Numbered from the stretch's first letter, positions 50,845 to 59,117 are shown. The stretch is 64,000 nucleotides of DNA from a virus (IMGVR_UViG_3300008267_000004:32001-96000); one strand, 5' to 3'. The notes: a model not told the origin generated them from the sequence alone. Made by a program: numbers and translations.

Positions 50845-50997
50845 TTAATAAACATCTATAATTATAACAGTATTTTCTTTTTTAGACTCTTTTTTTTCTT
50901 CCTCTTGCTTTTTTTTCTGATACCACTCCCATTCCTGCTGAACTTCAAATAGATCAATCTGTAACATTGGCCTTTCTTCATGTTCCTGCTTTTTCAT
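50845..50997 (-). CDS. Small charged protein (50 aa, not in track)
   Basis: GGAGG RBS; MKKQEHEERPMLQIDLF... Confidence 0.65.
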   Translation of the reverse strand: MKKQEHEERPMLQIDLFEVQQEWEWYQKKKQEEEKKESKKENTVIIIDVY

Positions 50998-51014
50998 GGA
51001 TTTTGCCTCCTAAA

Positions 51015-51302
51015 TTAAATAGCGGGCAAAAAATCATCTGGGATATCTTTTTCACTACGAATTATTTTAATATTACTATATTCAAAGTTTTCATATGATT
51101 CGTATAATTCACCACTAGATATTGGAAATCTTGGTTCTGGCGACCATAAAACTTTATAAGTAGGAGATTGAGTATAGAGAGAATAATAATCAACTATTAC
51201 ACCTGTTATAACCCAATCTGTATCTGGTATTTTCTTTGCAACAAAATCTCCAATCCTAGGCTCGTACAATTGTTTTTTCATACATCTCACCCAATCTTTC
51301 AA
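51015..51302 (-). CDS. Small SH3/KOW-like protein
   Basis: IGDFV..GVIV..YKVLW. Confidence 0.55.
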   Translation of the reverse strand: MKDWVRCMKKQLYEPRIGDFVAKKIPDTDWVITGVIVDYYSLYTQSPTYKVLWSPEPRFPISSGELYESYENFEYSNIKIIRSEKDIPDDFLPAI

Positions 51303-51477
51303 TTATCTGAGGATAATTTTCCGGATATTTAACTATCATTGATGCTAAAAATGAGTAACGTGCTGCAGTTGAAAGCCTATAAAATATAGACGATAATTTT
51401 TCCAATTCGGTGTCTGTTAATGGTCTTTTTTGTTGTTCATTCATGTTATTTGTTGTATGGATCAAAAGGAGCCTCAT
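51256..51477 (-). CDS. Hypothetical protein
   Basis: ORF in operon context. Confidence 0.55.
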   Translation of the reverse strand: MRLLLIHTTNNMNEQQKRPLTDTELEKLSSIFYRLSTAARYSFLASMIVKYPENYPQIIERLGEMYEKTIVRA

Positions 51478-52021
51478 ATGAGAAAAAATCTACGTCAGTT
51501 TCTTTTATCAGTCTTAACCAAACATTTAATGTTCTCTGACAGTCAACTAAAGCTGTATGTGCGCGCCCTTGAAACTTAATTTGGTAGTGTTCGCACAATT
51601 TATCCATTGCAGCACTTTTTAATAAACCTTTAGATACTAGTTTACTAGCCATGTGTTTTGTATCGGCGTAGTGCGGAAAAGTTATTTTTTTTTCTTTGAA
51701 AGCTAAACTAATAAATCTTAGATCAAAGATAAGATTTTGGCCTAATAAGAAAGAAGAATTTGTAATAAACGACTCAATTGCAGGCAAATGGTGTTCAATT
51801 TCTAAAGAATCTTCCCACGCTTCGGGCGTGAACCCATTAACCTTCAATGCTTGCGGCGAAGCCGCCGCGAGATTTTTAGGTTTAATTTTTATATCTAATT
51901 TATCAAGTATACAGATACTGCTGTCATCTTTCAATGAAAAACGAACAGCAGCAAACTGTATAATTTCGTGAACTTTAGGATCTAATCCTGTTGTTTCTGT
52001 ATCAAGAACTGTTACAAGCAT
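51446..52021 (-). CDS. DEDDh 3'-5' exonuclease (DnaQ-like)
   Basis: LDTETTG, GQNLIFD, HTALVD. Confidence 0.9.
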   Translation of the reverse strand: MLVTVLDTETTGLDPKVHEIIQFAAVRFSLKDDSSICILDKLDIKIKPKNLAAASPQALKVNGFTPEAWEDSLEIEHHLPAIESFITNSSFLLGQNLIFDLRFISLAFKEKKITFPHYADTKHMASKLVSKGLLKSAAMDKLCEHYQIKFQGRAHTALVDCQRTLNVWLRLIKETDVDFFSYEAPFDPYNK

Positions 52022-52534
52022 TTATCTATTCAACCAGAACTTCCAAGTTGGGTGCAGAGAACTATCAGTAAAAGAAGTTTCTGATTCTTGAACAAATGGA
52101 AGAGACATGGGTTTGATTGGAGTTTTTAAAAGCCCCATACCAGACTCCTTCAAAGTTTGGTTTCCTTTCTTCTGGTTACATTCATAGCAACACGCCACGA
52201 CGTTTGTCCAGACGGTTTTACCACCTGTGCTTTTAGGCACAACGTGATCTAGTGTGAAGTTTTTTAGTGAAATTCGTCTTGAGCAATATTGACATCTACC
52301 TTCATCTCGAAGCCAAACATTACGACGTGAAAAACGTACAGAATTAATCTTACGCCATTTGCTGCTCTTATATACAATAACTGATGGTAGCTTCATTGTA
52401 TAAGATGGCGAACGAATTTCTTGATCATACTCACCGACTGTTAAAACTTTATCGTTAAATATTAAACCAATTGCTTTTTCCCAAGAAACAGTTCCTAGTG
52501 GTTCATAATTACAGCTTAGGGCTAAGACTCTCAT
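52022..52534 (-). CDS. HNH endonuclease (McrA-like)
   Basis: RDEGRCQYC..TLDHVVP..NVVACCYECNQKKG. Confidence 0.9.
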   Translation of the reverse strand: MRVLALSCNYEPLGTVSWEKAIGLIFNDKVLTVGEYDQEIRSPSYTMKLPSVIVYKSSKWRKINSVRFSRRNVWLRDEGRCQYCSRRISLKNFTLDHVVPKSTGGKTVWTNVVACCYECNQKKGNQTLKESGMGLLKTPIKPMSLPFVQESETSFTDSSLHPTWKFWLNR

Positions 52535-52545
52535 ATTTGTTTACC

Positions 52546-52767
52546 TTATTCTTGCCGCTCAGGCGGGAGAAAACTTTTGTTGATGTGTGAACACTTGCTA
52601 CAAGCAAATGTCGGGATTGGTGCATTAATCTCTTGACCACTCGGGGAAAGTAGGGCAGAAATTTGTTTAATCATGTAGACATTCACAAATGTATTATTTC
52701 CACACGATTCACAAACTAATGTTTTTGCGTTAAATAAATCTTTTTCTGTTAATCTAGGACCGTTCAT
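52546..52767 (-). CDS. Zinc-ribbon protein
   Basis: CESCG..CSKC. Confidence 0.7.
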   Translation of the reverse strand: MNGPRLTEKDLFNAKTLVCESCGNNTFVNVYMIKQISALLSPSGQEINAPIPTFACSKCSHINKSFLPPERQE

Positions 52768-52781
52768 GTTTTTCTCTTTTC

Positions 52782-53024
52782 TTATGACTCCTCTAGGAGT
52801 TCTTGTAAATTTTTCTTCATAATTGAGATATTTGCATCAAGATGATGCGTTTCAATTTTATTGTTTGATACAAACGGATTCATGTTCCAATGAACTTTAT
52901 AAAATAATCCATCAAATTTAACAATTGTACCAATAGATTGGTCAATTTTACACATACACACCATTTCGCCAATATTATGTTTTTGAGTTGAGGTTTGCTT
53001 AATCATGGTACTATAATACCACAT
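52782..53024 (-). CDS. Small SH3/KOW-like protein
   Basis: IGEMV..GTIV..YKVHW; true start probably MIKQT. Confidence 0.55.
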   Translation of the reverse strand: MWYYSTMIKQTSTQKHNIGEMVCMCKIDQSIGTIVKFDGLFYKVHWNMNPFVSNNKIETHHLDANISIMKKNLQELLEES

Positions 53025-53041
53025 ATTAATGGGCCGGTCAA
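53013..53041 (-). promoter_or_regulatory. Sigma-70 promoter
   Basis: TTGACC-17 nt-TG-n-TATTAT. Confidence 0.7.
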
Positions 53042-53075
53042 GAAAAAAAAATATATATTATAGGATTATAACATA

Positions 53076-53927
53076 TTATCTGTCAAAAATTATAACAACG
53101 GGATTATTTGGGTCACTTTGTTTTGTTACACCCATATTACGAACAGCTGTATCTTGCAGAGACCATCCTGATTGTTCAGCCTCCCAGAAAGCACCTAAAA
53201 TGGCTTCTGCTTCCTGTCTTGTGAACGGTTCATAATTACTTCGGGCATGAGCAAGCATAAAAAGTGTCATTTGTACTGCATCTTCTTTTGTCATATCTAA
53301 CACTTTATTTTTTCTTGCTTCACGGCGCATCTCGTCATAGAATGAAATAAGAGGACTTAAACCATCACGCGCATCAGATTCATTTCCGCGTTTTGTATAG
53401 ATAATCCATTTATCAAGCGGCATAACTTCAGCCATTTCAACAAAATGAATATCTGCCCCATCACCAGGATCAAACGATCCAAAATCATATATAGGTAGTG
53501 TATTTAAATTTGCGCTTCCTTCAAATGCTTTATCATACGCTTCTTTGTACCATTCAAGATCATCTTGAACATTTAATGAATCAGAAAATATTTTAAGCAT
53601 ATGACCATTACTCATTTTAAATACTTTACCAAATGAGCGACCTGTTACAGCTTTTTCAATTTTAAAAGATTTTAGGCAGGAGATATTGTTTATAAGACCG
53701 CGAATATTGTTAGCTTTTTCTTCTTTCTCCTCATCGCTATATTCACCAGTAAAAGCTCCAAAAACATCCCCAGCCGATCCAAATATGCTATCATAGATCA
53801 TACCAGATTGGTCACTCCAAGCTTGTTTAAAGATGATATCAAAATTGTGTTCAGCGGGAGAAGAACTATTTTCTATTAGCGATATCTGCTCTTTTATTAT
53901 TTTTAATATTTTATTTTTTATTTTCAT
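53076..53927 (-). CDS. Protein kinase-like protein, paralog 1
   Basis: GRSFGKVF, MLKIF, VEMAE, DTAVRN, VIFD. Confidence 0.75.
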   Translation of the reverse strand: MKIKNKILKIIKEQISLIENSSSPAEHNFDIIFKQAWSDQSGMIYDSIFGSAGDVFGAFTGEYSDEEKEEKANNIRGLINNISCLKSFKIEKAVTGRSFGKVFKMSNGHMLKIFSDSLNVQDDLEWYKEAYDKAFEGSANLNTLPIYDFGSFDPGDGADIHFVEMAEVMPLDKWIIYTKRGNESDARDGLSPLISFYDEMRREARKNKVLDMTKEDAVQMTLFMLAHARSNYEPFTRQEAEAILGAFWEAEQSGWSLQDTAVRNMGVTKQSDPNNPVVIIFDR

Positions 53928-53933
53928 CTTGTT

Positions 53934-54872
53934 TTACCTATCGAAAATAACTATTTTTGGATTGCTTACGCTGCTTTGTTTTAAAACTCCCATATTTCGA
54001 GGTGCAATATCGCTTAATTGATATCCAAGTTTAACCATATCATAAAATGCTTCTAGGATGCTAGAAGCTTCTTCGTCTGTTAATGGGCGATAGATTCCAC
54101 CACCATAATCTGGGCCTTCTTCCCCATCGTCGTCTTTTTTGCCATATAAATATGGAGAGTCGAATGTATTTACTCTTTTTTTAACATATTCTTTGATTCC
54201 ATCAATATTTTTTATATTCTCTCTATAATATGCCTCAATAAAGTAAGCTTGTAACTTAGAAACAATATCAGATCCTGGACTATCATCACTTAAGGCTCTT
54301 TTAGTTCCCTTTAGATAAATGTCTAGTGGCTCTACTTCCGCCATTTCAACATAGGCAACAAAAGCGTCTGGCATGGCTTTTAGTTTGACTTCTCCATAAT
54401 CATACACAGGTAGGGTGGTTAGTTTAGCACCCTTTTTGTGCATTAGGTCGTGGCATTTTTTATACCATTCCATATCCTCTTTAACATCTATGCCACCAAA
54501 AAATATTTTTAATATGTGCTCATTGTCGAGTTTAAATATTTTGCCGTAGGATCTGCCGGTTATAGCCTTTATTAATTTTGCATGGGTAAGTGGTTTAATT
54601 TTTTTAACTAGATCTTCCATAACCTTTGGAGCAGTTAGGGCTGCTGGAGGGTTATCATATAGATCAAAATTACCGGTTCTATCCATTTCAGAATCAATTA
54701 TAGAACTTATAATTTCATCAGAAATGTCGTCCTCTTGTGGTCCAACTCCAATTTCAAATTTACTTAGCAATAAGAAATTTAAATTCTTTTTTTGAACGTC
54801 GTTTAAATCGTTGGGTCTACTTTTTTTATCGTTCTCCAACATTCTTTTTTTAGAAATTTTTATTTTTATCAT
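53934..54872 (-). CDS. Protein kinase-like protein, paralog 2
   Basis: GRSYGKIF, ILKIF, VEMAE, DIAPRN, VIFD. Confidence 0.75.
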   Translation of the reverse strand: MIKIKISKKRMLENDKKSRPNDLNDVQKKNLNFLLLSKFEIGVGPQEDDISDEIISSIIDSEMDRTGNFDLYDNPPAALTAPKVMEDLVKKIKPLTHAKLIKAITGRSYGKIFKLDNEHILKIFFGGIDVKEDMEWYKKCHDLMHKKGAKLTTLPVYDYGEVKLKAMPDAFVAYVEMAEVEPLDIYLKGTKRALSDDSPGSDIVSKLQAYFIEAYYRENIKNIDGIKEYVKKRVNTFDSPYLYGKKDDDGEEGPDYGGGIYRPLTDEEASSILEAFYDMVKLGYQLSDIAPRNMGVLKQSSVSNPKIVIFDR

Positions 54873-54879
54873 ATTTTAA

Positions 54880-55077
54880 TTAGTCCTTATCCATCTTATC
54901 AAGCAAATTCTTTCTTAGATTTTCTACCTCTTCTTCTGTGTATGATCCATAGAATCGGTGACAGTACCACTCAACAAGATATTTGCTGCTGTAATGATCT
55001 TTAGAGATTGCTATAATCATCCCTAAACAATCGTATAGTGAGTATACGAGGGTGCCTATTTTGTATTTATTATACAC
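54880..55077 (-). CDS. Small SH3/KOW-like protein
   Basis: IGTLV..GMII..YLVEW. Confidence 0.55.
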   Translation of the reverse strand: MYNKYKIGTLVYSLYDCLGMIIAISKDHYSSKYLVEWYCHRFYGSYTEEEVENLRKNLLDKMDKD

Positions 55078-55098
55078 AAAATAATTAGTTTTTTAGGC

Positions 55099-55149
55099 AA
55101 TAAAAAACCCAAGTTACCGGATTTTAACCAGCGACTTGGGTTTTTTATT
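55099..55149. terminator. Bidirectional intrinsic terminator
   Basis: AATAAAAAACCCAAGT...ACTTGGGTTTTTTATT, 16-bp inverted repeat. Confidence 0.8.
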
Positions 55150-55162
55150 TATAAAATTTATA

Positions 55163-55642
55163 TTATACCGCATATAGTGCTTTGATGCGATCTAGAAGTT
55201 TTTTACGACTTTCTGGTGGGAAAGGCTCAAGAGCGTCGTTGCCTACTGCTAGGTTTCTAGCGTAAAACATGCCTAGTCCTCTTGCAGCGTTGGTAGGATC
55301 TTTGTAATATGCGTTAGCTTGTTGCACTGATTGATCACCGATCATGTTTTCTAGGTATCCAAATATTTTTGTTAATCCGCTAACTAGCGTTTTAGAATTT
55401 GGACTACCTGGTGGTGTTACCTTCATAAAATCAGCATGTTGTTTAAACATATTTCCTAGATCTGGAATTGGGTTCTTTCCTTGCAAACCTTTAAAATCGT
55501 ATTCGTTTTTATTGATTTCTGATAATTTCTCGGCTATGAATTCTAACTCTTTTACGATAGAGTTCATCTCGCCTGAACTATCTACCTCTCTCTGTAATTC
55601 TTCCGCGATTACTCTTCTTAAAAACTCTCTTGTAATTTTCAT
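55163..55642 (-). CDS. Hypothetical protein with RRVIAEE-type leader
   Basis: 159-aa ORF. Confidence 0.65.
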   Translation of the reverse strand: MKITREFLRRVIAEELQREVDSSGEMNSIVKELEFIAEKLSEINKNEYDFKGLQGKNPIPDLGNMFKQHADFMKVTPPGSPNSKTLVSGLTKIFGYLENMIGDQSVQQANAYYKDPTNAARGLGMFYARNLAVGNDALEPFPPESRKKLLDRIKALYAV

Positions 55643-55865
55643 GTTTTTTTCCCCATTTTTCTGTGGTACAGTTTACCAGTAAGTAGTTAATTGAAAACTA
55701 AAAAGTTTCAAAAAATGACCCGCGATATATTTTTGACCTAGGCGCGTTATTATATGAAAATAGTAATCACGGTAGACATACTTTCCGTATATATACCACC
55801 ATGAGGGTAGGGGGAGGGGAAGTCCCCCTTCTACCCCTAGAAGTTTTTTAGCGATAGCAATAACA

Positions 55866-56249
55866 TTAAAACAGCTGTCGATAGAAGCTCATTGTTTCAT
55901 TTGCTAAGAGTTCACGCTGCTTATCAGGCAAAGTATCCTCAAGCAAACTAACCGTATCCGATGCAGCTGCAAACGTATTAGACCACCGAGCAATCTCGTT
56001 GCTCTGCTCAACAGTATTGCATGGACCGCTGTCGGGATCAGTATAGTCTGCAAAGCGTCTAGCTAGATGTGCAACAGCACGCTGCAAGCTGTAAACATTT
56101 TGATACTCATCGCGATCACTCCACACAGCTGATCGAATGATCGAGGCAGTCTGGTGACAAAAAGTATCACCACTCAAACTCCAATCCTCGTTGAGTCTAA
56201 CCAGCTGAATCTTTGCCGTGTCAAACAAGTGTTGCGCCTTTGCACTCAT
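55866..56249 (-). CDS. Hypothetical protein
   Basis: Start MSAKAQ at 56249 after GGAG RBS. Confidence 0.65.
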   Translation of the reverse strand: MSAKAQHLFDTAKIQLVRLNEDWSLSGDTFCHQTASIIRSAVWSDRDEYQNVYSLQRAVAHLARRFADYTDPDSGPCNTVEQSNEIARWSNTFAAASDTVSLLEDTLPDKQRELLANETMSFYRQLF

Positions 56250-56392
56250 TAGTCCATCTCCTTTGGTTCGCACCGCTTACAGTACCGTGCAACAATACAC
56301 CCACCCAGGTACTGAGTGAGTACCCAGGTGAATCTAGCACAGGTATCACATTGACCCCGCTCCTTGCTATAGCTTATCTGATCATCCCCCAT
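56249..56392 (-). CDS. 47-aa zinc-ribbon microprotein
   Basis: CDTC..CKRC; start and stop overlap both neighbours. Confidence 0.6.
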   Translation of the reverse strand: MGDDQISYSKERGQCDTCARFTWVLTQYLGGCIVARYCKRCEPKEMD

Positions 56393-56463
56393 TACCCTAC
56401 TACCTCCGTGGTAACTCCTACGATCAAAGCAACTACCGCAAACCAGACTGTCAACGCGATCAT
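56392..56463 (-). CDS. 23-aa hydrophobic microprotein
   Basis: MIALTVWFAVVALIVGVTTEVVG; TAATG coupling. Confidence 0.5.
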   Translation of the reverse strand: MIALTVWFAVVALIVGVTTEVVG

Positions 56464-56465
56464 AT

Positions 56466-56567
56466 CTACCCCAGTTCAAAAATGTAAACAACCCAGAACG
56501 CAGCAACCACTACAGCTGCCAAACCAACCGCAGTCAAAGCCTCGATAACAACTTCCTTATTAATCAC
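56466..56567 (-). CDS. 33-aa single-TM microprotein
   Basis: GTG start after GAGGT; ..ALTAVGLAAVVVAAFWVVYIFELG. Confidence 0.5.
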   Translation of the reverse strand: MINKEVVIEALTAVGLAAVVVAAFWVVYIFELG

Positions 56568-56655
56568 GCGGCACCTCGATTGCCTTATAAACCATCTTGC
56601 CAAACGCCCAGCTAACTCCAAGCATCATTGACGCAATCAGTACACCTGCCATCAT
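56560..56655 (-). CDS. 31-aa single-TM microprotein
   Basis: MMAGVLIASMMLGVSWAFGKMVYKAIEVPRD; ATGA coupling. Confidence 0.5.
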   Translation of the reverse strand: MMAGVLIASMMLGVSWAFGKMVYKAIEVPRD

Positions 56656-56786
56656 CGCCTCGCATTCTTATCAAGCATCATATACCAGAGAGCAACGCAA
56701 TCCTTTTCGCTCACCTTGCACTCCTTTTCTGCTACACAGTTTGTTAGGGTTACAACCGCCAAAACGGCGGCTAGCACACGCTTCAT
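56652..56786 (-). CDS. 44-aa putative lipoprotein
   Basis: MKRVLAAVLAVVTLTNC lipobox; AAGGA RBS. Confidence 0.6.
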   Translation of the reverse strand: MKRVLAAVLAVVTLTNCVAEKECKVSEKDCVALWYMMLDKNARR

Positions 56787-56794
56787 TTCCTTAG

Positions 56795-56998
56795 TTACTC
56801 CGAACGCGAAAGGGTATACCAATCAACATAACCCTTCTTGATTTCCCCATATGTCTTGGGGTCCAGCTTACGCAGCGAATGCAGTCGATCACTTGCAATC
56901 GTGCGCTGCTTTGTAAGTTCACGCTCCAGCTCCTCGATGCGAGCAATCGCGTACTTGTGGTCAACCTTCGCCTTTTCTAGCTTCTCATGCTTCGTCAT
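56795..56998 (-). CDS. Small coiled-coil protein
   Basis: Start MTKHEK after GGGAG RBS. Confidence 0.6.
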   Translation of the reverse strand: MTKHEKLEKAKVDHKYAIARIEELERELTKQRTIASDRLHSLRKLDPKTYGEIKKGYVDWYTLSRSE

Positions 56999-56999
56999 T

Positions 57000-57167
57000 T
57001 TACTGCTCCCGATTAAAGGTTTGAATAACTTCCGCCTCGATGCCTTCCTCATACAGATCTGCGATTGTCACTTCACCACTTGTCAAACGCTCATATTGAT
57101 CGTCCGAGAGTGTAACAATGTCCGCACAGATATCCCAAGTGCCGTCACTCAGTGCTACGATTCGCAT
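57000..57167 (-). CDS. Small acidic protein (55 aa)
   Basis: Start MRIVAL after AAGGAG RBS. Confidence 0.6.
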   Translation of the reverse strand: MRIVALSDGTWDICADIVTLSDDQYERLTSGEVTIADLYEEGIEAEVIQTFNREQ

Positions 57168-57189
57168 TACTTTCTCCTTTTTTCCAGTT

Positions 57190-57232
57190 ACCCGTTGCGC
57201 CATGCGGGCGGCTGGAAACCGCCCGAACGGGT
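57190..57232 (-). ncRNA. Two-stem RNA motif, copy A
   Basis: ACCCGTT-CGGGCGG-TTTCCAG-CCGCCCG-CATGGCGC-AACGGGT. Confidence 0.55.
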
Positions 57233-57243
57233 TAGTTTGTTTG

Positions 57244-57621
57244 CTACTTGGTCTTGCGATTAGAAGCAGCAACCTTCTTCTTCTCGCACTCGGCGTTATA
57301 CCGAGCAACCAGAGCATGAGCAGTCTCAACCATCTTTGCATCACCGTTGCCATTAGCAACTGCCGTGATGAAAGCGACCATATCGGCCTTGAGAGAATCC
57401 TTCACCTTAGCCTTAGAAGTCTTAACAACCTCACCAGCAGGGAAGAAACCACCATCGGTTCCCTTAGTCGAAACAATCTGACCCTTATCCTTAGCGGTCT
57501 TAATGTCCTTCTTCGAGAATCCACCGACGTACTCAATCGCACCAACAGGGCAACCACGACCCTCCTTGGCATTGAAAGCACGAACGAACTCAACGATAGA
57601 GGTAGCCATTTTATTTCCCAT
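57244..57621 (-). CDS. Winged-helix-like protein, paralog 1
   Basis: Shares FVRxFNAxExRGCPxGAIEYVGGFSK..K..GxxxSxKGxxGGFF with 59614..60000; wing resembles the Rrf2 SxRGxxGGY motif. Confidence 0.6.
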   Translation of the reverse strand: MGNKMATSIVEFVRAFNAKEGRGCPVGAIEYVGGFSKKDIKTAKDKGQIVSTKGTDGGFFPAGEVVKTSKAKVKDSLKADMVAFITAVANGNGDAKMVETAHALVARYNAECEKKKVAASNRKTK

Positions 57622-57695
57622 TCCTTCTGACGGTCAAACCGTCTTTGAGTGATAGGTTCAAGGGAACCATTCCCTCTCACCAACTTACAGGACAG

Positions 57696-57749
57696 AGTGT
57701 ACCACGACCGGGTTGTGAAGTCCAGTACAAAGAAACACTCACCTTAGAA
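57696..57749 (-). promoter_or_regulatory. Promoter cassette, class B
   Basis: TTCTAA-N7-GTTT box, TGGACT-17-TACACT, TAAGTTG after the start. Confidence 0.6.
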
Positions 57750-57751
57750 CT

Positions 57752-57792
57752 TTCGCTGCGCCTTGGGCGGCTGGATTTCACCGCCAGCGAAC
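57752..57792 (-). ncRNA. Two-stem RNA motif, copy C
   Basis: TTCGCT-GGCGG-TGAAATCCAG-CCGCC-CAAGGCGC-AGCGAA. Confidence 0.55.
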
Positions 57793-57795
57793 CTT

Positions 57796-57972
57796 CTATG
57801 TCTCAGCGTCGAACTTCACTCGACGCATCTCGCGGTGATACATACGCTTGAGGTCGCGGACCCACTTGCGAACCCCGCGCTTTCCGCGAGCAATCGTGTG
57901 ACCATCAATCTTGACGTGAATGGTCCAACGCTCGTTCTTCATTCCCTCGACACCACGCTTGAAATCCTTCAT
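57796..57972 (-). CDS. Small basic protein (58 aa, not in track)
   Basis: MKDFKRGVEGMKNERW..KWVRDLKRMYHREMRR. Confidence 0.65.
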   Translation of the reverse strand: MKDFKRGVEGMKNERWTIHVKIDGHTIARGKRGVRKWVRDLKRMYHREMRRVKFDAET

Positions 57973-57974
57973 TC

Positions 57975-58076
57975 CTACTCCTTGATCTTGAGGTTGATTG
58001 AAAGTCCGAAAACAAATCCCAGCGAGAGGCTGGCAATCCCAATGCAGACCATTTGCACGATAATCATATCTTCCAT
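57975..58076 (-). CDS. 33-aa single-TM microprotein
   Basis: MEDMIIVQMVCIGIASLSLGFVFGLSINLKIKE; AAGGA RBS. Confidence 0.55.
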   Translation of the reverse strand: MEDMIIVQMVCIGIASLSLGFVFGLSINLKIKE

Positions 58077-58089
58077 GCTCTTTCCTTTC

Positions 58090-58473
58090 TTACCGCTTAC
58101 CCATGAGGAAAGCGGTGGTTGCATTGACGTTGCTTGCCTTGATCCGAGTGATACCGTTTGCCTTAGCAGTAACGGCGGCTGACTTCCGCATTTCAGCGGG
58201 GATTCCAGTCTGACGCTCAAGTTCCATACCCAGATACTCATTCCAGATAAGCAACTTGCGAGTCTCGCGGGTATCACCAAGCTCAAAACCCAGAGCGTTG
58301 AGCTTTTCACCCTCACGACGCAGCACGGCATTGTTCTTGCCAATGTGCGACATGATCGCGTTTCGCGTAAGCAGTCGAGCCTTACGCATAGTCTGGATCG
58401 TGTTACGAATCTCATTCACCAGAGTTTCAATCTCGTTCTGCGTCATAGTCTCAACCGTCATTTGATTCCTCAT
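58090..58473 (-). CDS. Hypothetical early protein
   Basis: 127-aa ORF after a promoter cassette and AAGGA RBS. Confidence 0.7.
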   Translation of the reverse strand: MRNQMTVETMTQNEIETLVNEIRNTIQTMRKARLLTRNAIMSHIGKNNAVLRREGEKLNALGFELGDTRETRKLLIWNEYLGMELERQTGIPAEMRKSAAVTAKANGITRIKASNVNATTAFLMGKR

Positions 58474-58520
58474 TCCTTATTGTTGGGAGGGACCATTCCC
58501 TCTCTCAACCTTACCTGCAC

Positions 58521-58595
58521 ATTCTACCACAAGACCCCATGCCTTGGAAGCGACTGTCAGTAAAACCGACCCACTATTAAACTCGACAGTTAGAG
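58521..58595 (-). promoter_or_regulatory. Promoter cassette, class A
   Basis: CTCTAA-N7-GTTT-N4-GTGGGT, ending 43 nt upstream of TG-n-TAGAAT. Confidence 0.7.
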
Positions 58596-58678
58596 CAAAG
58601 ATCCGAGTTTAGTACTATCCCAAGGATAGCGGCGGCTGGGGCCTTTCGTGCATCCACCAGCGCGTCGATGATGTGTGT

Positions 58679-58753
58679 ATATTACACCAAGTCGGTCGAG
58701 AACGGAAGAGACTGAGAGTGAGATTGACCCACTTTAAAACAACATCGTTAGAG
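58679..58753 (-). promoter_or_regulatory. Promoter cassette, class A, with no adjacent ORF
   Basis: Same box, 43 nt upstream of TAATAT. Confidence 0.55.
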
Positions 58754-58771
58754 TTAACTTCTGGACACATG

Positions 58772-58843
58772 GGCGGCGGCGGGCAACCTCTATCCCTAGA
58801 ATATCCAACATTTAACACTTGGGATAGAGTGCCAGCCCCCGCC
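58772..58843. repeat. Long imperfect inverted repeat
   Basis: GGCGG..CTCTATCCC / GGGATAGAG..CCGCC arms. Confidence 0.65.
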
Positions 58844-58880
58844 TCTATTGATAGAACTAACTATCATCGAGGCTCTAGCG

Positions 58881-59117
58881 TTAGAGGAACTCGTTGCTTG
58901 TATCATACCAATCCGCATTGGGATCAGTATCATCTTCCTCTTCCTCGGTATCATCATCGAGGGTTTCCTCGTCCTCGACAATAAACTCGTTTGCGTGTGC
59001 CATATCCGCAACGTCGTCCTCGGACATATACTTGAGGCACGCATTGATTACCGTGTCACGGTCGAGGATTCCATCCTCAATCATCTCCAGAATCGTGTTT
59101 GTTACCTTGCGAGTCAT
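58881..59117 (-). CDS. Small protein with highly acidic C-terminus
   Basis: ..EDEETLDDDTEEEEDDTDPNADW.. Confidence 0.7.
   Translation of the reverse strand: MTRKVTNTILEMIEDGILDRDTVINACLKYMSEDDVADMAHANEFIVEDEETLDDDTEEEEDDTDPNADWYDTSNEFL

Noticed and set aside
98-55682. Short plus-strand ORFs, and short minus-strand ORFs nested inside longer genes, in the track
   Set aside because: They are shadows of well-supported minus-strand genes, with no motifs and hydrophobic antisense-type composition.
55802-55822. G-quadruplex
   Set aside because: Only three clear G tracts, and the complementary C tract favours a hairpin.
58654-58661. E. coli Chi site GCTGGTGG
   Set aside because: A single occurrence with an unknown host is consistent with chance in a 50% GC stretch.
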